DNA from: Octopus vulgaris
Taxonomy: Eukaryota
DNA length: 64,000 nucleotides
Reading direction: 5' to 3'
Assembly (NCBI GenBank): GCA_951406725.2
Contig: OX597817.1
Coordinates: 158,906,001-158,970,000, forward strand
The notes beneath the pieces were generated by a model. The model saw only the letters and a program-made list of their open reading frames with translations, was not told the origin of the DNA and made no database searches. Position 1 is the first letter of the stretch, and the number at the start of each line of letters is the position of its first letter. Position numbers and translations under genes: made by a program. Below are positions 1-12,900 of the stretch, one piece after another.

Positions 1-1
1 T

Positions 2-213
2 CAGAAAAAAATTAAAGATGGATGTGTCTTAAATACAATGTCACTTGAAGAATTGGCTGTTCACTTCCCAGATCTTCTGCCATTCCTTCTGTCAAAATTG
101 TCTCAGTCAAAGAATGTTCAGAGAACCATCCATATTCAGCCGTCTTTGTTTCCTGTTTTGACGCTTCTCTCCAATGTAGGGGCCAGTGAAAAGATCAAGG
201 ATGACACTGTGAA
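2..213 (+). CDS. THADA: THADA/Trm732-family protein, first exon visible in window (5'-truncated by window edge)
   Basis: Frame QKKIKDGCVLNTMSLEELAVHFPDLLPFLLSKL...HIQPSLFPVLTLLSNVGAS resembles the THADA segment after DUF2428 (recalled human NRMTGREFFSRFPELYPFLL...HPSMFLLLLVL). Donor GTAAGT at 214, phase 2. Confidence 0.8.
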
Positions 214-309
214 GTAAGTTGCAAATTAGAACTTACTTTTACTTTCTGGAGGCTTAAGGATGAGTGACATTTAACTCTTTAGCATTCGGATTATTCTATC
301 AAATGTAAT

Positions 310-585
310 GATGCCAGCACTGCCTGACTGGCGTCTGTGTTGGTGACACATAAAAGCACCAACCAATCGTGGCCATTTGCCAGCCTGCTCTGGCCCCTGT
401 GCTGGTGGCATGTAAAAAACACCCACTACACTCATGGAGTGGTTGGCATTAGGAAGGGCATCCGGCCATAGAAACACTGCCAAATCAGACCAGAGCCTGG
501 TGCAACTTCCGTGGCTTACCAGACCCCGGTCAAACCGTCCAACCCATGCTAGCATGGAAAACGGACGTTAAATGATGATAATGCA
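310..585 (+). mobile_element. RTE-type retroposon 3' tail (abundant family, ends in (GAT)n)
   Basis: Core GGTTGGCATTAGGAAGGGCATCC...CCCATGCTAGCATGGAAAACGGACGTTAAATGATGAT, repeated more than 15 times in the window. Confidence 0.8.
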
Positions 586-735
586 TATTTACTGACATTG
601 AATATCCATTTTCCATGCTGGCATGAGTTGGATGACTTGGCAGGAACTGGCAAAGCCAAGGGCCACACCAGCATCCATAGTCTGTTTTCGCTTGATTTCT
701 ACAGCTGGATGCCCTTCCTAATGCCAACCACTTTA

Positions 736-956
736 CAGAAATGTTAGCATGCCAGGCGAAGAGCTTAACGGTATTTTGTTTGCCGTTACGTTCTGAGTTC
801 AAATTCTGCCGAGGTCGACTTTGCCTTTCATCCTTTCGGGGTCGATTAAATAAGTACCAGTTATGCACTGGGGTTGATATAATCGACTTGATCCGTTTGT
901 CTGTCCTTGTTTGTCCCCTCTGTGTTTAGCCCCTTGTGGGCAATAAAGAAATAAGA
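736..956 (+). mobile_element. tRNA-derived SINE with Meta/MESC-like central domain, nested in a minus-strand RTE tail (~605-1130)
   Basis: B-box-like GAGTTCAAATTC, then GGTCGACTTTGCCTTTCATCCTTTCGGGGTCGATTAAATAAGTACCAG. Same family at 11300-11530(-) and 36182-36414(-). Domain name is from recall. Confidence 0.75.
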
Positions 957-1533
957 GTGTCCTGGGTGCTTTTTTTCATGGCACTATCACCAGTGTTTTT
1001 ATGTGGCACCAGCACCATTGCTTTATATGTGGCACCATCACCAGTACTTCTTATATGGCACCAGTACCAGTGCCTTTTACATGGCACCATCACCAACACC
1101 AGTGTTCTTTTTTGTGTGGCACCTTGGTTTTAGGATAGGTTTTTTGAATTACAAGATTTCAATAACACATCCGGCCGTAGAAAGTTTGCCACACGCTTAG
1201 CGCTGCGCATATGTACATACATTTTTTTGTAGGCGCGGGCATGGCTGTGTGGTTAGGAGCTTGCTTTCTAGCTACATGGTCTCGGGTTCAGTCCCACCAC
1301 GTGGCACTTTGGGCAAGTGTCTTCTGCTATAGCCCCTGGCTGACTGAAGCTTTATGATTGAATTTGGTAGTTGGAAGTTACTGCCGTGTGTGTATATGTG
1401 CGTGTAGGTGCTTGTGCCTCTCCAAAAGAGAGAGAGGAGATTATTTATTTTTAGAATGACATAGTCGCGTTATGTTTTTAATTCACTTCCTGATCAGCAT
1501 TTCTGATAATCCATCTCCTATTTTTCATTCCAG

Positions 1534-1758
1534 CTTATGTGATCAGTTCAGCATGCTGATTGAGCCACTTACTGAGAGCCGAGTCTATCAGATGCGAGAG
1601 CTTGCTGCTAGTGCAATGGTTGCAGTAACTGCACCGTCTCAAAGGCACAATAAAATCATCATGCTCTTGCACCAGATACCCAATATTCAGGATCAGCACA
1701 ATAAAGTCCATGGAATATTCATATTTGTTGAGAAACTCCTACAAGCTCAAAGTTGGAA
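1534..1758 (+). CDS. THADA: THADA-like exon 2 (in window)
   Basis: Acceptor ttccag, donor gtaagc. LCDQFSMLIEPLTESRVYQMRELAASAMV...QHNKVHG matches THADA 'S.VY..RE.AA.A' and 'N..HG' motifs. Phase 2/2. Confidence 0.85.
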
Positions 1759-2403
1759 GTAAGCATCGGTTTAATCACTCTAAAAAGCCTTTAACTTGTG
1801 ACCTTGTCTTTTAGACCCTGGTCAGCCCTAATTAAGCAGGCCTGTTATCAAAGGTATTCCAGTTGTGATCATCTTGTTAGAAACAGTTTATATAGGGAAT
1901 ATATTAAATTTGATCTGAGGGAAATTTAGCTGTTATTTCTACTAGGTCAAACAACCACATTGAAGTTCCTGAGAGATGATGAATCACTTGAGTCTGTAAG
2001 TTCTTCATCCTCAATATAGGATTTCTCTTCCCTTTTACTAGATAAATATATGTTGCTGTTTAGCCCCAGGTAAGTCATGATCCAACAGAGCTATGTTCAA
2101 AGACATTCCAGCCATGATCAACCACCCTTAGATTCAGGGTATTTCATACTGTTTTATCCAATATATATCCTTGCATTTTAAAAGGTAGTATAATATTGTT
2201 CGAGGAACATTTGGCTGCTGTTTGTATGAGGTTAAGTCGCCATGTAGCTGTTTTTTTTTTCCCACAAATCAATAGTTATCCAGTAGATCTATGATCAAAC
2301 TTATCTCAGACATGATGGATTGCCGCCAATTTCAGTAATGAACATTCACTTGTTTGACCAACTGAATACAAGCGGCTGAAAATTCCAAAAACATTGTGTT
2401 TCC

Positions 2404-3205
2404 TTAACCCTTTTGTTACTGTATGTATTTTGAGATGCTCTGTGTTTCTTTCAATTACTTTAAATATCAAAATTGAATTCGAAGTCGACGACTGGCACCC
2501 ATGCCAACCTCCCTTCATTGGACACTAAATTCTGCTTGCGAAGACCTGTTGGTGCAAGTGAAATTGAAATTGAACCAAATTCGATGACTGGCACCTGTGC
2601 CAGTGGAGCGCTAACAGCTCCATCCAAGCAGGATCACTGCCAGAGTAACTGTCTGGCTTCCGTGCTGGTGGGCACGTGAAAAGCACCATTTGAGCATGAT
2701 CGTTACCAGTATCACCTTACTGGCACTTGTGCCAGTGGAACGTGAACAAAACATTCGAGTGAGGTAGTTCCCAGTGCCGCTGGACTGTGCAGGTGGCATG
2801 TAAAAAACACCATTTCGAGCATGGCTGTTGCCAGTATCACCAGACTGGCCCTCATACTGGTGGCACATAAAAGCACCCACTACACTCTTGGAGTAGTTGG
2901 CGTTAGGAAGGGCATCCAGCTGTAGAAACTCTGCCAGATCAGATTGAAGTCTGATGCAACCATCTGGTTTGCCAATCCCCAGTCAAATCGTCCAACCCAT
3001 GCTAGCATGGAAAGCAGACGTTAAATGATGATGATGATGATAATAAAGAGTTTAGTAAAATAACTTAGTTATCATTAAGCTAGTGTTAGAAACATAAATT
3101 CTGACTAAGGTTTAGTGGAAGATTTTAATTCAAAATTCATGAAAACAAGACATTTGTACTCAGAGCCAGAGCCGGTTTCACCCGGGTTGGTATCAGAAGG
3201 GTTAA
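2404..3205. mobile_element. piggyBac-type MITE interrupted by an RTE tail (~2470-3041)
   Basis: TTAA-CCCTT...AAGGG-TTAA ends. The two halves match the intact copy at 26053-26282. Confidence 0.8.
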
Positions 3206-3418
3206 TGCGAGTTTCATGATTTCTGTCTAGACTGGACCATTGAATTGTCAGTACAGTCCATCTGACAGGTTTCTTCACAGTTTCTGTCCACTGAATTTTA
3301 CAAGATTTTGGTAATAAATGTATATGAAAAAATGAGTAATAGCTGTATATGTCATATTTCAGGAGTTACAAGTCATTAATAGTTATGTACCAATTTCTAA
3401 GTTAAGTATTAATGATTA

Positions 3419-3734
3419 CTAGTGCATGCATATACAGCTGCATGCATGCGCACATACATTCGAGTACTGTCCAATCACATACAGCTAGTTGGCATTCAAT
3501 TGGCGTATCAAGTTTTGGGCATTTTGATTGGGTTTTGGATAGAAAATTCACAAAAAGTCACTTCTATTGATTTTTTAATGGCTTTGCGGGGTGACTGGGG
3601 AAATATAAAGATGTGCACGACCACCCTTGGACGGTTTTGAATGACCATAGAAAGTGCGAGCCCTCTAACTGAAAAATTGTGGATTTGTATAAAGGACACA
3701 CACACAGACATTTTGCTGTTTATATATAGAGAGA
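3419..3734 (-). mobile_element. Possible non-autonomous Helitron
   Basis: On the minus strand starts TC(TC)TATATATAAAC and ends CTAG between A and T. The subterminal hairpin is weak. Confidence 0.45.
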
Positions 3735-3864
3735 TTATATGGCAAGATAATGGTTGCAAATATATATACAATAGGGAAATTGTTTGTGAGATGTAAAAAT
3801 CTTGTTTCGTGGAATTAAAATATTCTAAATTGTTGCTTTTGTATTTGTTTCATTATACTTTCAG

Positions 3865-4090
3865 CAAAGATGATTTGAAGAGTATTTTACAGAAGCTGAT
3901 TAACTTAGCTTTTCCACAAGATTTTCCTCTGGATCCACCATCATGTGGATTAATACAAGCTAGATTAATTCAAATAATCAAGAATACAGTGTTGGCAACC
4001 CCTGGTATCGACTTTCTGGGTGACAACTGGAGTCAACTTTGCACCCATCTGTGGCAACAAATTGAATCAACCACCAAGAATAATCCTACT
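3865..4090 (+). CDS. THADA: THADA-like exon 3
   Basis: Acceptor tttcag, donor gtaagt, open frame KDDLKSILQKLINLAF...KNNPT. Phase 2/0 fits neighbours. Confidence 0.8.
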
Positions 4091-4699
4091 GTAAGTTTTC
4101 TGTAAAAATTTGTTTGCTTTTTTTTTTTCATGGCTTATTCAGGATAGAAACATCAAGGAATATGAGGTAGGGGTCAGGGAAAGCAACCATAACTCATGGA
4201 ATTCCGTAGGAGAGCTAGTCTGAATACTTGCAATAGAATGGCCTCTCCTAAAGGAACCTAATTTCTGTCACTACTTTACACCTCATGCCTGTAATCCCTA
4301 CATCACAGGATGTTGGCAAACCTCTGTAAAATCTGCTTAAAAACCTAAGAGTGTAACATGTGTTTTAAACATTTACATTTCAAAAGATATTGGCCAAAGC
4401 CAGTGCTGTATAATCAGTCCATTTAATAGTACCCTTCAACCATTGGACAATAAACTATGCTTGTTGTTGTTGTTGTTGTTGTTGTTAAGCAACAAGACAG
4501 GTAAGGGTAATTAGGTGATGGTCTAGGGCTTAGGGGGTGGGAGACCCTAGACCTTGGGAAAAAAAAAGAAAAAAACTTTGGTCGTCTTGTTGTAGTTGAG
4601 GGCTCTTCATTGACGCCTGACACCACTGGGAGGTGGCCCTCGAAGTTGCTGGAAATGGAGATCTCTAGGTCCAAATTCTTGAATGGCAGACAATAAACT

Positions 4700-5195
4700 A
4701 TGCTTGGGAAGACCTGTTGAGTCACGTGAAATCATCGTGGCTGATGACAGTACCACCTGATTGGCACCCATGCCAATGGAACATTAAAAGCACCATTCAA
4801 GCATGATCGTTGCCACGGCCACTGACTAGCTCCCATGTTGGTAGCATGTAAAAAGCACCATTCAAGCATGACTGGCTCCTGTGCTGGTGGCATGTATAAA
4901 ACACCATTTGAGCATAGTTATTGCTAGTGCTGTCAGACTGGCTTCTGTGCTTGGTGGCACATAAAAAGTGCTATTTGAGCATGGCCGATGCCAGTACCGC
5001 CTGACTGGCCCTCATGCCGGTGACATGTAAAAAGCACCCATTACACTCTCGGAGTGGTTAATGTTATGAAGGGCATCCAGCTGTAGAAACATTGACAGAT
5101 CAGATTGGGGCCTGGTGCAGCCTTCTGGCTCGCAAGCCTTCAGTCAAACCATCCAACCCATGCTAGCATGGAAAGCAGACATTAAACGATAATGG
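4700..5195 (+). mobile_element. RTE-type 3' tail with several internal ~60-bp units
   Basis: Repeated ..GGCACATAAAAAGCACCATTCAAGCATG.. units followed by the conserved core. Confidence 0.75.
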
Positions 5196-5314
5196 TGTTA
5201 GCTTAAAAATTCTTAGTGATGTAAAATCTAAAATGTGTTTAACATTTGCATGTTATTTAAAAGCAGAAATCATTAAGAAACAAACCTGATTCTGTTTCTG
5301 TTTTCTTCATACAG

Positions 5315-5527
5315 ATTGGTTTCTCAAGCATGTTATCTGAGCATGCTGAACTGCTGTTTCATTGTACAACTGCAAGTTATGTCGCTGGAGAAGCTGACAG
5401 TCTAAAGCCAGTTGTTGACTTGCTCCTCACTTCAAAATGTTATGAAGTACAAGAACGGTGCTGCCAGACCTTACACCAATACCTGCAGTCCAAAAAACTC
5501 CCTGTAACATTCTGGGAAAGTGTAATG
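5315..5527 (+). CDS. THADA: THADA-like exon 4
   Basis: Acceptor atacag, donor gtatgt. IGFSSMLSEHAELLF...LLLTSKCYEVQ...WESVM; 'YEV' also recalled from THADA. Phase 0/0. Confidence 0.8.
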
Positions 5528-6706
5528 GTATGTATATGTTTTATTTATGTTGTTGTTGTTTAGCCCCAGGTCAGCCCTGATTGAACAAACCTATTATCAG
5601 TGACATTCCAGTCATGACCATCTGGACTTTTATTCAGCCATAATGTATCTAGAATTACACAATTTAATGTGTTCTCTTTTTTTTTTAACAGTAGTGTGGT
5701 TTGAGAGAGATTTAACTACTATTCCTAGCACTTCAAACAACCACATAGAAACTATCTTTTTCTTTGATGGATGTATTGCATCATATTAACTGGGACATCA
5801 TAAGTCCCTCTGGAATATCATTTATATTACTGACAAAAAAACCTGTATATCAAAGAGAGTGTATATAGGAGCAGTCTATCACCTAGCAAGTAAACTTTTA
5901 TCTGAAAATTCTAATTTTTTGAAATGCAAAGAATTTGCAAATTTTCTGATTCAATGAATTTTTCCAAGGAAAATTCTCCAAAAGATCTTTTCTTTAGTAA
6001 TCATGGTTGCTATTTCAGAATCTGGAATTTCTTGTACCATTAGTGTATGAAGTTATTCACTTGAAGATATTCTAGAGACACATTCAATTCTACTATTTTC
6101 TCAATTTCCATTTGTGACATATGTGTATATGTTGGTTGTATCATCTCTTAAAAGTGTTTGGAGTGAGTCCTATATAATCTGGTTAATATTATCTGTAGAT
6201 GTAAGGTGGCAAGCTGGCAGGATCATTTGCATATCAAGTAAAATGCTTAGTGACATTTCATCCATGTTTATGTTCTGAGTTCAAATTCCATCAAGGCTGA
6301 CTTTACCTTTCATCTTTTCATTGAGTTCTAGTCTAGGGTCAATGCAGTCAACTTACTCCTCCCATGAACTTGCTGGCCTTGTGCCAGAGACTGAAACCAA
6401 TATCATTTGTAGATGTTATATATGCACTGTATGTCATTGCCTTAGAGACACAAGCCCTTAAGAGGAGATTTCTGAACTTACAAGTTGGGCTTTGGGATAG
6501 TGGCTGATTAGGTGTGTGTTTTAAATTTTGGTATGAGATATGGGAAGCAGTGTTGTTTAGACATGAGTAACTTACATTAACATTATTGGTGTTGAAATAT
6601 TTGTGGTATTTATGTGTAGTTGAGAATATGTGCATATATGCATATTTATATATAAAATATACTCCCTAAACTATTACATTAAACACTTTTTCTGTCTATT
6701 ACACAG

Positions 6707-6978
6707 GAGCAGTTTATTAGTCTGCAGTTAAATGTCAGTCGATACAGTCCAATACAAATCACGGTGCTTGATTTATTCAATGCCGTCTATCTGAAATGGT
6801 CTGACCACTTTGACAATTACACCCACCTGCATTTAAGAACTGAAGACATTAACATCATACTCAACCAGCTGCGTGAGGAGTTGCTCTCTGTTGGTATTGG
6901 TACGGCACTTCAGTCAACAATCCTGCCAGCTCTGAGTATCTGCACTAAACTGATCTCCACTTCACCCTCCACCACAAA
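6707..6978 (+). CDS. THADA: THADA-like exon 5
   Basis: Acceptor acacag, donor gtaagt, open frame EQFISLQLNVSRY...STSPSTT. Phase 0/2. Confidence 0.8.
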
Positions 6979-8214
6979 GTAAGTAAACTAATTAATTAAT
7001 ATGTTTATAGTGATTGTTGTTGTTGTTTGTCCTCTGACTTGCCATAACAGGTCTGTGAATTATGGGTGTTTCACTCACGATTGTTCTGTCTGTTATTCAG
7101 ATATGGTGTATGTAGGACTACTCTGTTCAGTGTGTCCATTTTTAAGTCAGTGAATTTACTTTTTGTAGGCATTTGTCCATCCATGCCCTACCTCCCTTCT
7201 CAACCCATCTTCCAGACACCTTCCTGACTCCCTCACCCATGCACATTATTGCTGTATTCCTCTCCCCTCCTTTCTCTCTCTTGTACCTACCTGCACACAA
7301 TATGTCCCTGTTGTGTCCCTTCCCTACAAGATATCCTCCTAATGCCCCCTCCCTCTACCTGTGCCTACACAACATATTCCACCACCACCACCAGCTCCCA
7401 TTCTCCCTTTGTAGTTTTGTGAGCTCACCCACCCATGCACCCTCTCCAATTCCCCATCCACTTCACTTTATTCACCTTCCTGGAATTTGGGTGTATGGGC
7501 CCTTTCTCATCCCCATCACACCTTCACTGTCTTTCTATCCCCTATCTCTCTCTCTCCATCTGAGGGAGCCATGTTTCTTTTCTAATGCAAGACACCTTTT
7601 TCTGACCCTCAATGCCATTCCCCACTCAGTTGAGGGGATCTTGCCCTGTGCAAGTTACTCAGTGACTTTACTGCTGATGGTGCTATGTAAAAAACACCCG
7701 ATACACTCTGTAAAATGATTGGCATTTTTATTTTCCCAAGGAGTTCCACTACACATTTCATTATTGTATTTGGTTTGCAAGATATTTGATGTAACCCCAT
7801 GTGTTGAAACAAATTTTGCTGTAATCTTGGGTGGGTCATTATGTCAATAATAAACACATGCACTTTTATTATCATTAGTCAATTAATTGTCAGTTAATCA
7901 GTCAGGTTTATCAAAGTCCTTTTGCCTTCATTCACACCCTCTTCAATGACATCCCTCTCTATTCCATGTCTGTTCAAGTCTCTCGGCCTGTCTTCTGCAC
8001 TACACATCTTGTTAAAAAAACCTGAAATCAGTAGTCTGTTTGAGCTTATGCCACTGGGAATATAAGACCAGCATCTTAGCATCATAACTACTACATATCT
8101 GTTCTATTATATTTCATAAAAGAAAAGAAATATTTCGTAAATGAAAAGTAAATGGAAATTTACTTCTTTCTTGTTTCTGACCCCTTTTTTTTGTTTTTCT
8201 TTTTAATGTTCCAG

Positions 8215-8394
8215 GTTTGAAGAGCTCTACCTCATGTGGTCTAGTTATCTGTTCCAACAATTGGGAAATGTTGATAGTAATCTACGCATGGCACTCAGCC
8301 AGTCCTTAGCCATTGCTGGTAACGCTGTACTCTCCACGATTAACCTCTTGGCCAAAAGTATCTCCCCAGTATCTCAAAAAGAAATTTCATACAA
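8215..8394 (+). CDS. THADA: THADA-like exon 6
   Basis: Long polypyrimidine tract + ccag, donor gtaagt. FEELYLMWSSYLFQQLGNVDSNLRMALSQSLAIAG. Phase 2/2. Confidence 0.8.
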
Positions 8395-8546
8395 GTAAGT
8401 AATTGAACTTCTATTCACTTGTTCGTTAAACTTTCAAAGATAATGAGTTACATTAAGAGTAAAACTAGAGGCCTATATCTGTAGCATTGTGAAGCTGTCC
8501 ACTTAACGTTTACCCAGTATATCTGTTCAGTCAACATTTATATACT

Positions 8547-8780
8547 CATCATCATCATCATCATCGTTTAACGTCCGCTTTCCATGCTAGCATGGGTTGG
8601 ACGGTTCAACTGGGGTCTGGGAAGCCCGATGGCTGCACCAGGCCAGTCAGATCTGGCAGTGTTTCTACAGCTGGATGCCCTTCCTAACGCCAACCACTCC
8701 GTGAGTGTAGTGGGTGCTTTTTATGTGCCACCGACACAGGTGCCAGACGAGGCTAGCGAACGGCCACGAACGGATGGTGT
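8547..8780 (-). mobile_element. RTE-type 3' tail
   Basis: (CAT)n then CGTTTAACGTCCGCTTTCCATGCTAGCATGGGTTGGACGG. Confidence 0.8.
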
Positions 8781-9221
8781 TTTTTTTTTTTGTGCTTCTT
8801 TGCTTTGCAATCACATGACAGTTGTAAATGGGGGTCTCTGTCATAAAAGCAGTATCAGGTCATCATTCATTTCCAATATTCTGTCTGGCCATGGGGACAT
8901 ATGCCCAATGTATATGCCCTAAGAGGTCATGAATAGTGACTTCAGTTTAACCCTATGACAACAGTCCAGATACTGTGTGTGAAAACACATGGTTCAGTGG
9001 CTAGGGGTATTCAGCTCACGATTGTAAGGTCGTCAGTTTGATACCTAGCAGCATGTTGTGTCCTTGAGCAAGACGCTTTATTTCACGTTGCTCCAGTCTA
9101 CTCAGCTGGCGAAAATGTGTTGTACCTGTAATTCAAAGGGCCCTGTCTTCTCACATTCTGCATCTCACTGATAATGGACTGAACTGAAATGTAACTAAGC
9201 CACACTTCCTCTGACAACTCG

Positions 9222-9566
9222 CGGATGGTGCGGCCACAATTCGGATGGTGGCACGTAAAAAGCACCATCCGAATCGTGGCCGAAGCCAGTGCCGCCTCGA
9301 CTGGCTTCCGTGCCGGTGGCACGTAAAATGCACCAATCCGATCGTGGCCGTTGCCAGCCTCGCCTGGCACTTGTGCAGGTGGCACGTAAAAAGTACCCAC
9401 TACACTCACGGAGTGGTTGGCGTTAGGAAGGGCATCCAGCTGTAGAAACTCTGCCAGATCAAGACTGGAGCCTGGTGCAGCCTTCTGGCTTCCCAGATCC
9501 CCGGTCGAACCGTCCAACCCATGCTAGCATGGGGAACGGACGTTAAATGATGATGATGATGATGAT
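9222..9566 (+). mobile_element. RTE-type 3' tail
   Basis: Conserved core and (GAT)n end. Confidence 0.8.
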
Positions 9567-10256
9567 CTGCAGTGTTTTTCTCAGTTCTGCTGGTTGTGGA
9601 ACTTCCAGACATTTATCAATATTGACATTTTTCCAGCCATCTTGGAAACGTCTGTATCACTCATACACTCATACACTCCTCTCCTTGCACTTTCTGCAAC
9701 TTTGCGTAGGCCTCTGAGCAGGTGTCGCCATAACAACTTTCTCTGTCATGGTCAATGCAACGATCACACGCTACACACCTTCCTTCCAAGCACTGCTGTA
9801 AACAGCAGAAGTTAGCTAGAATGTTAAAACTTAGTGTGCATGCACAGCAGAGTTCAAGGTCAATCTTTGCCAAGCGGCTTTACTTTGAGTGCTTTAGCTC
9901 TGTTACTATGACAACAGTCCAGATACTTATTGATCAGACCTTGTATCTGTTGTTATTTAGTCACAGTTCACTTCTAAGTTGAACAGCTCCATATAAATAT
10001 ACAACCTCATCCTGGGACATCTTGTAAATTTACTCTATTATAAACAGTAGTAAGGCAGGTTATATCCTATTCGTCCCATCAGTTTGGAGCATCCCCTCAA
10101 GCAAGTCAAGTAGGTGTCCCACCAGTTGGGGGCTGCAACACAGGCAGGAGTGAGTGCTACCCCAAAACCCTTCTGTATCCATCCTATCAATGCAGTATCT
10201 GTTACACTTCAATAAGTTCCTTCAATCATCCAAATATATTTTTTTACTTCTTCCAG

Positions 10257-10362
10257 AATCTTCCACACAGCTTTGTATTTATTACAAGATGACATCAACG
10301 AAGTGAGAAACTGGGCTGCACATTTTGTCCATTCTTTACCCCTTTTATCTTCACTAAAACAG
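10257..10362 (+). CDS. THADA: THADA-like exon 7
   Basis: Acceptor ttccag, donor gtaagt. IFHTALYLLQDDINEVRNWAAHFV matches the THADA 'LLQD/SE...VR..A' motif. Phase 2/0. Confidence 0.85.
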
Positions 10363-10427
10363 GTAAGTTAACATCAGAATGTTCTCAGATTGACTTTACT
10401 TCTCACAATATCACCTATATGACCTTA

Positions 10428-10941
10428 TTAAACCTTTTGTTACTGTATTTATTTTGAGATGCTCTGTGTTTCTTTCAATTACTTTAAATATAACAAAGAA
10501 TTTAGCAAAATAACTCAGTTATCATTAAGTTAGTGTTAGGAACTTTAATTGTGACTAATGTTTGGTGGAAGATTTTAATTCAGAACTTATAAAAACAAGA
10601 CATTTGTACCACAGGGCCAGAGGTGGTTTCAGCTGGGATGGTAATGAAAGGGTTAATGTACACGTGTTGTTAAACTCCAAGAGCCACAGTCTTTTGTCTG
10701 GGAAAGATTCCTTTAACCCTTTCATTACCATATTTCTTTTGAAGTGCTCTGTGTTTCTTTCAATTAATTTTAAATATAACAAAGAATTTAGCAAAATAAC
10801 TTAGTTATCATTAAGCTAGTGATAGGAACATTAATTGTGGCTAAGGTTTGGTGGAGGATTTTAATTCAGAACTTTTGAAAACAAGACATTTGTACTCAGA
10901 GCCAGAGCCGGTTTCAGCAGGGTTGGTCACAAAAGGGTTAA
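10428..10941. mobile_element. Two adjacent piggyBac-type MITE copies (10428-10656, 10713-10941)
   Basis: Each is bounded by TTAA with CC(C)TT/AAGGG ends and shares the ~225-bp body seen at 26053. Confidence 0.8.
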
Positions 10942-11934
10942 ACTGAAGTCACTATTCATGACCTCTTAGGGCATATACATTAGGCATATGTCCCCATGGC
11001 CAGACAGAATATTGGAAATGAAAGATGACATGACACTGCTTTTATGACAGAGACCCCTATTTACAACTGTCGTGCGATTGCAAAACAAAGAAGCACAAAC
11101 ACGCACATGTGCATGCATAGATATAGATATATCCATATGAGCTTCTTTCAGTTTACCAAAATCCATTTACAAGACTTTGGTCAGCCCAGAGCTATAGTAG
11201 AAGATGTCATGCTGTGAGACTAAACCTTAAACCATGTTGATGGGAGGTAAATTTCTCACCTAAACAGCCACACCTGTGCCTTTATACATTTATTAATTTC
11301 TTATTTATTTATTGACCACAAGGGGCTAAACATAGAGGGGACAAACAAAGACAGACAAAGGGATTAAGTCGATGACATCGTTCCCAGTGCGTAACTGGTA
11401 CTTAATCTATTGACCCCGAAAGGATGAAAGGCAAAGTCGACCTCAGCGGAATTTGAACTCAGAACATAACGGCAGACGAAATACCTAAGCATTTCGCCCA
11501 GCGTGCTAACGTTTCTGCCATCTTGCCGCCTTATTAATTTATGTGCATTACTCTCTCCTTGCCTTGACATCACATGATGGCTGTAAGTATCTATGTGTAG
11601 GAAAATCTGCCTCAACAAATTCCATCTGATTCATCCTAGCATGAAAGGTGGATGTTAAACAATGATGGTGATGACACCGACAGATCCTTCTCAAGTCAAT
11701 ATAGACTCATAAGGTTTCCTGGTTTCTGTGGCACAAATATTCCTCCCTTTAAGGGATGCTGCACCATTGCAAGATTACTCAATTTTGCCAGCTGAATTAA
11801 CTGGAACAAAGCGAAATGAAGGGTTTCGCTCCGGACCACAATGCATTGCCTGGTCCAGGAACCAAAGCCATAATCTTACAACTGTAAGTCCAAAACCCTA
11901 ACCACTAAGCCGCATACCTCCACCAACAACAACA

Positions 11935-11959
11935 ATGATGATGATGATCAGCAGCAGCG

Positions 11960-11993
<34 letters not shown>

Positions 11994-12722
11994 CAGTGCA
12001 AGCAGCAGCAGCAGTAGTAGTAGTAGTAGTAGTAGCAGCAGCAGCAGAAGTAGTAGCAGCAGCAGCAGAAGCAGTAGTAGCAGCAGCAGAAGCAGTAGTA
12101 GCAGCAGAAGCAGTAGTAGCATCAGCAGAAGCAGTAGTAGCAGCAGCAGAAGCAGTAGTAGCAGCAGCAGAAGCAGTAGTAGCAGCAGAAGCAGTAGTAG
12201 CATCAGCAGAAGCAGTAGTAGCAGCAGAAGCAGTAGTAGCAGCAGCAGAAGCAGTAGTAGCAGCAGAAGCAGTAGTAGCAGCAGCAGAAGCAGTAGTAGC
12301 AGCAGAAGCAGTAGTAGCAGCAGAAGCAGTAGTAGCAGCAGCAGAAGCAGTAGTAGCAGCAGCAGAAGCAGTAGTAGCAGCAGAAGCAGTAGTAGCAGCA
12401 GCAGAAGCAGTAGTAGCAGCAGAAGCAGTAGTAGCAGCAGAAGCAGTAGTAGCAGCAGCAGAAGCAGTAGTAGCAGCAGCAGCAGTAGTAGCAGCAGCAG
12501 AAGCAGTAGTAGCAGCAGCAGAAGCAGTAGTAGCAGCAGAAGCAGTAGTAGCAGCAGTAGTAGTAGCAGAAGCAGCAGTAGTAGCAGAAGCAGTAGTAGT
12601 AGTAGCAGCAGAAGCAGTAGTAGTAGCAGCAGCAGCAGAAGCAGTAGTAGTAGCAGCAGCAGCAGAAGCAGTAGTAGTAGCAGTGCAAGCAGCAGCAGTA
12701 GTAGTAGTAGTAGTAGTAGTTG
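11935..12722. repeat. Compound (AGC/AGT/AGA)n trinucleotide array with 18/21-nt higher-order unit
   Basis: Directly visible unit AGCAGC(AGC)AGAAGCAGTAGT. Source of the poly-Ser, poly-Ala/Val, poly-Leu and poly-Cys ORFs. Confidence 0.97.
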
Positions 12723-12867
12723 TAGAAGAAATGTAAATGTATCCTATAGTATTTTGTTTGTTTTTATTATCTTTGTTTTCTAAATTCTGTTCTTACACCC
12801 CCCCCCCCCTCCTTATTCTCTGAAATTTATATCTGTTTTGTTTTTGTCTTTTTTTTTTTCTTTCCAG

Positions 12868-12900
12868 TTTTCTAGTCTCCAGAGTAATATTTGCTTGAAG
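12868..12900 (+). CDS. THADA: THADA-like exon 8 (33-nt micro-exon, FSSLQSNICLK)
   Basis: Very strong polypyrimidine tract + ccag, AAG|gtaaat donor, phase 0/0. The frame is also kept if it is skipped, so less certain. Confidence 0.65.

Noticed and set aside
7173-7718. 181-aa Pro/Leu/His-rich ORF
   Set aside because: Pyrimidine-rich intronic sequence. Exons 5 and 6 join in phase without it.
11898-12783. Long poly-Ser/Arg, Ala/Val/Glu, Leu and Cys/Tyr ORFs
   Set aside because: Translations of an intronic trinucleotide array, with no independent gene structure.
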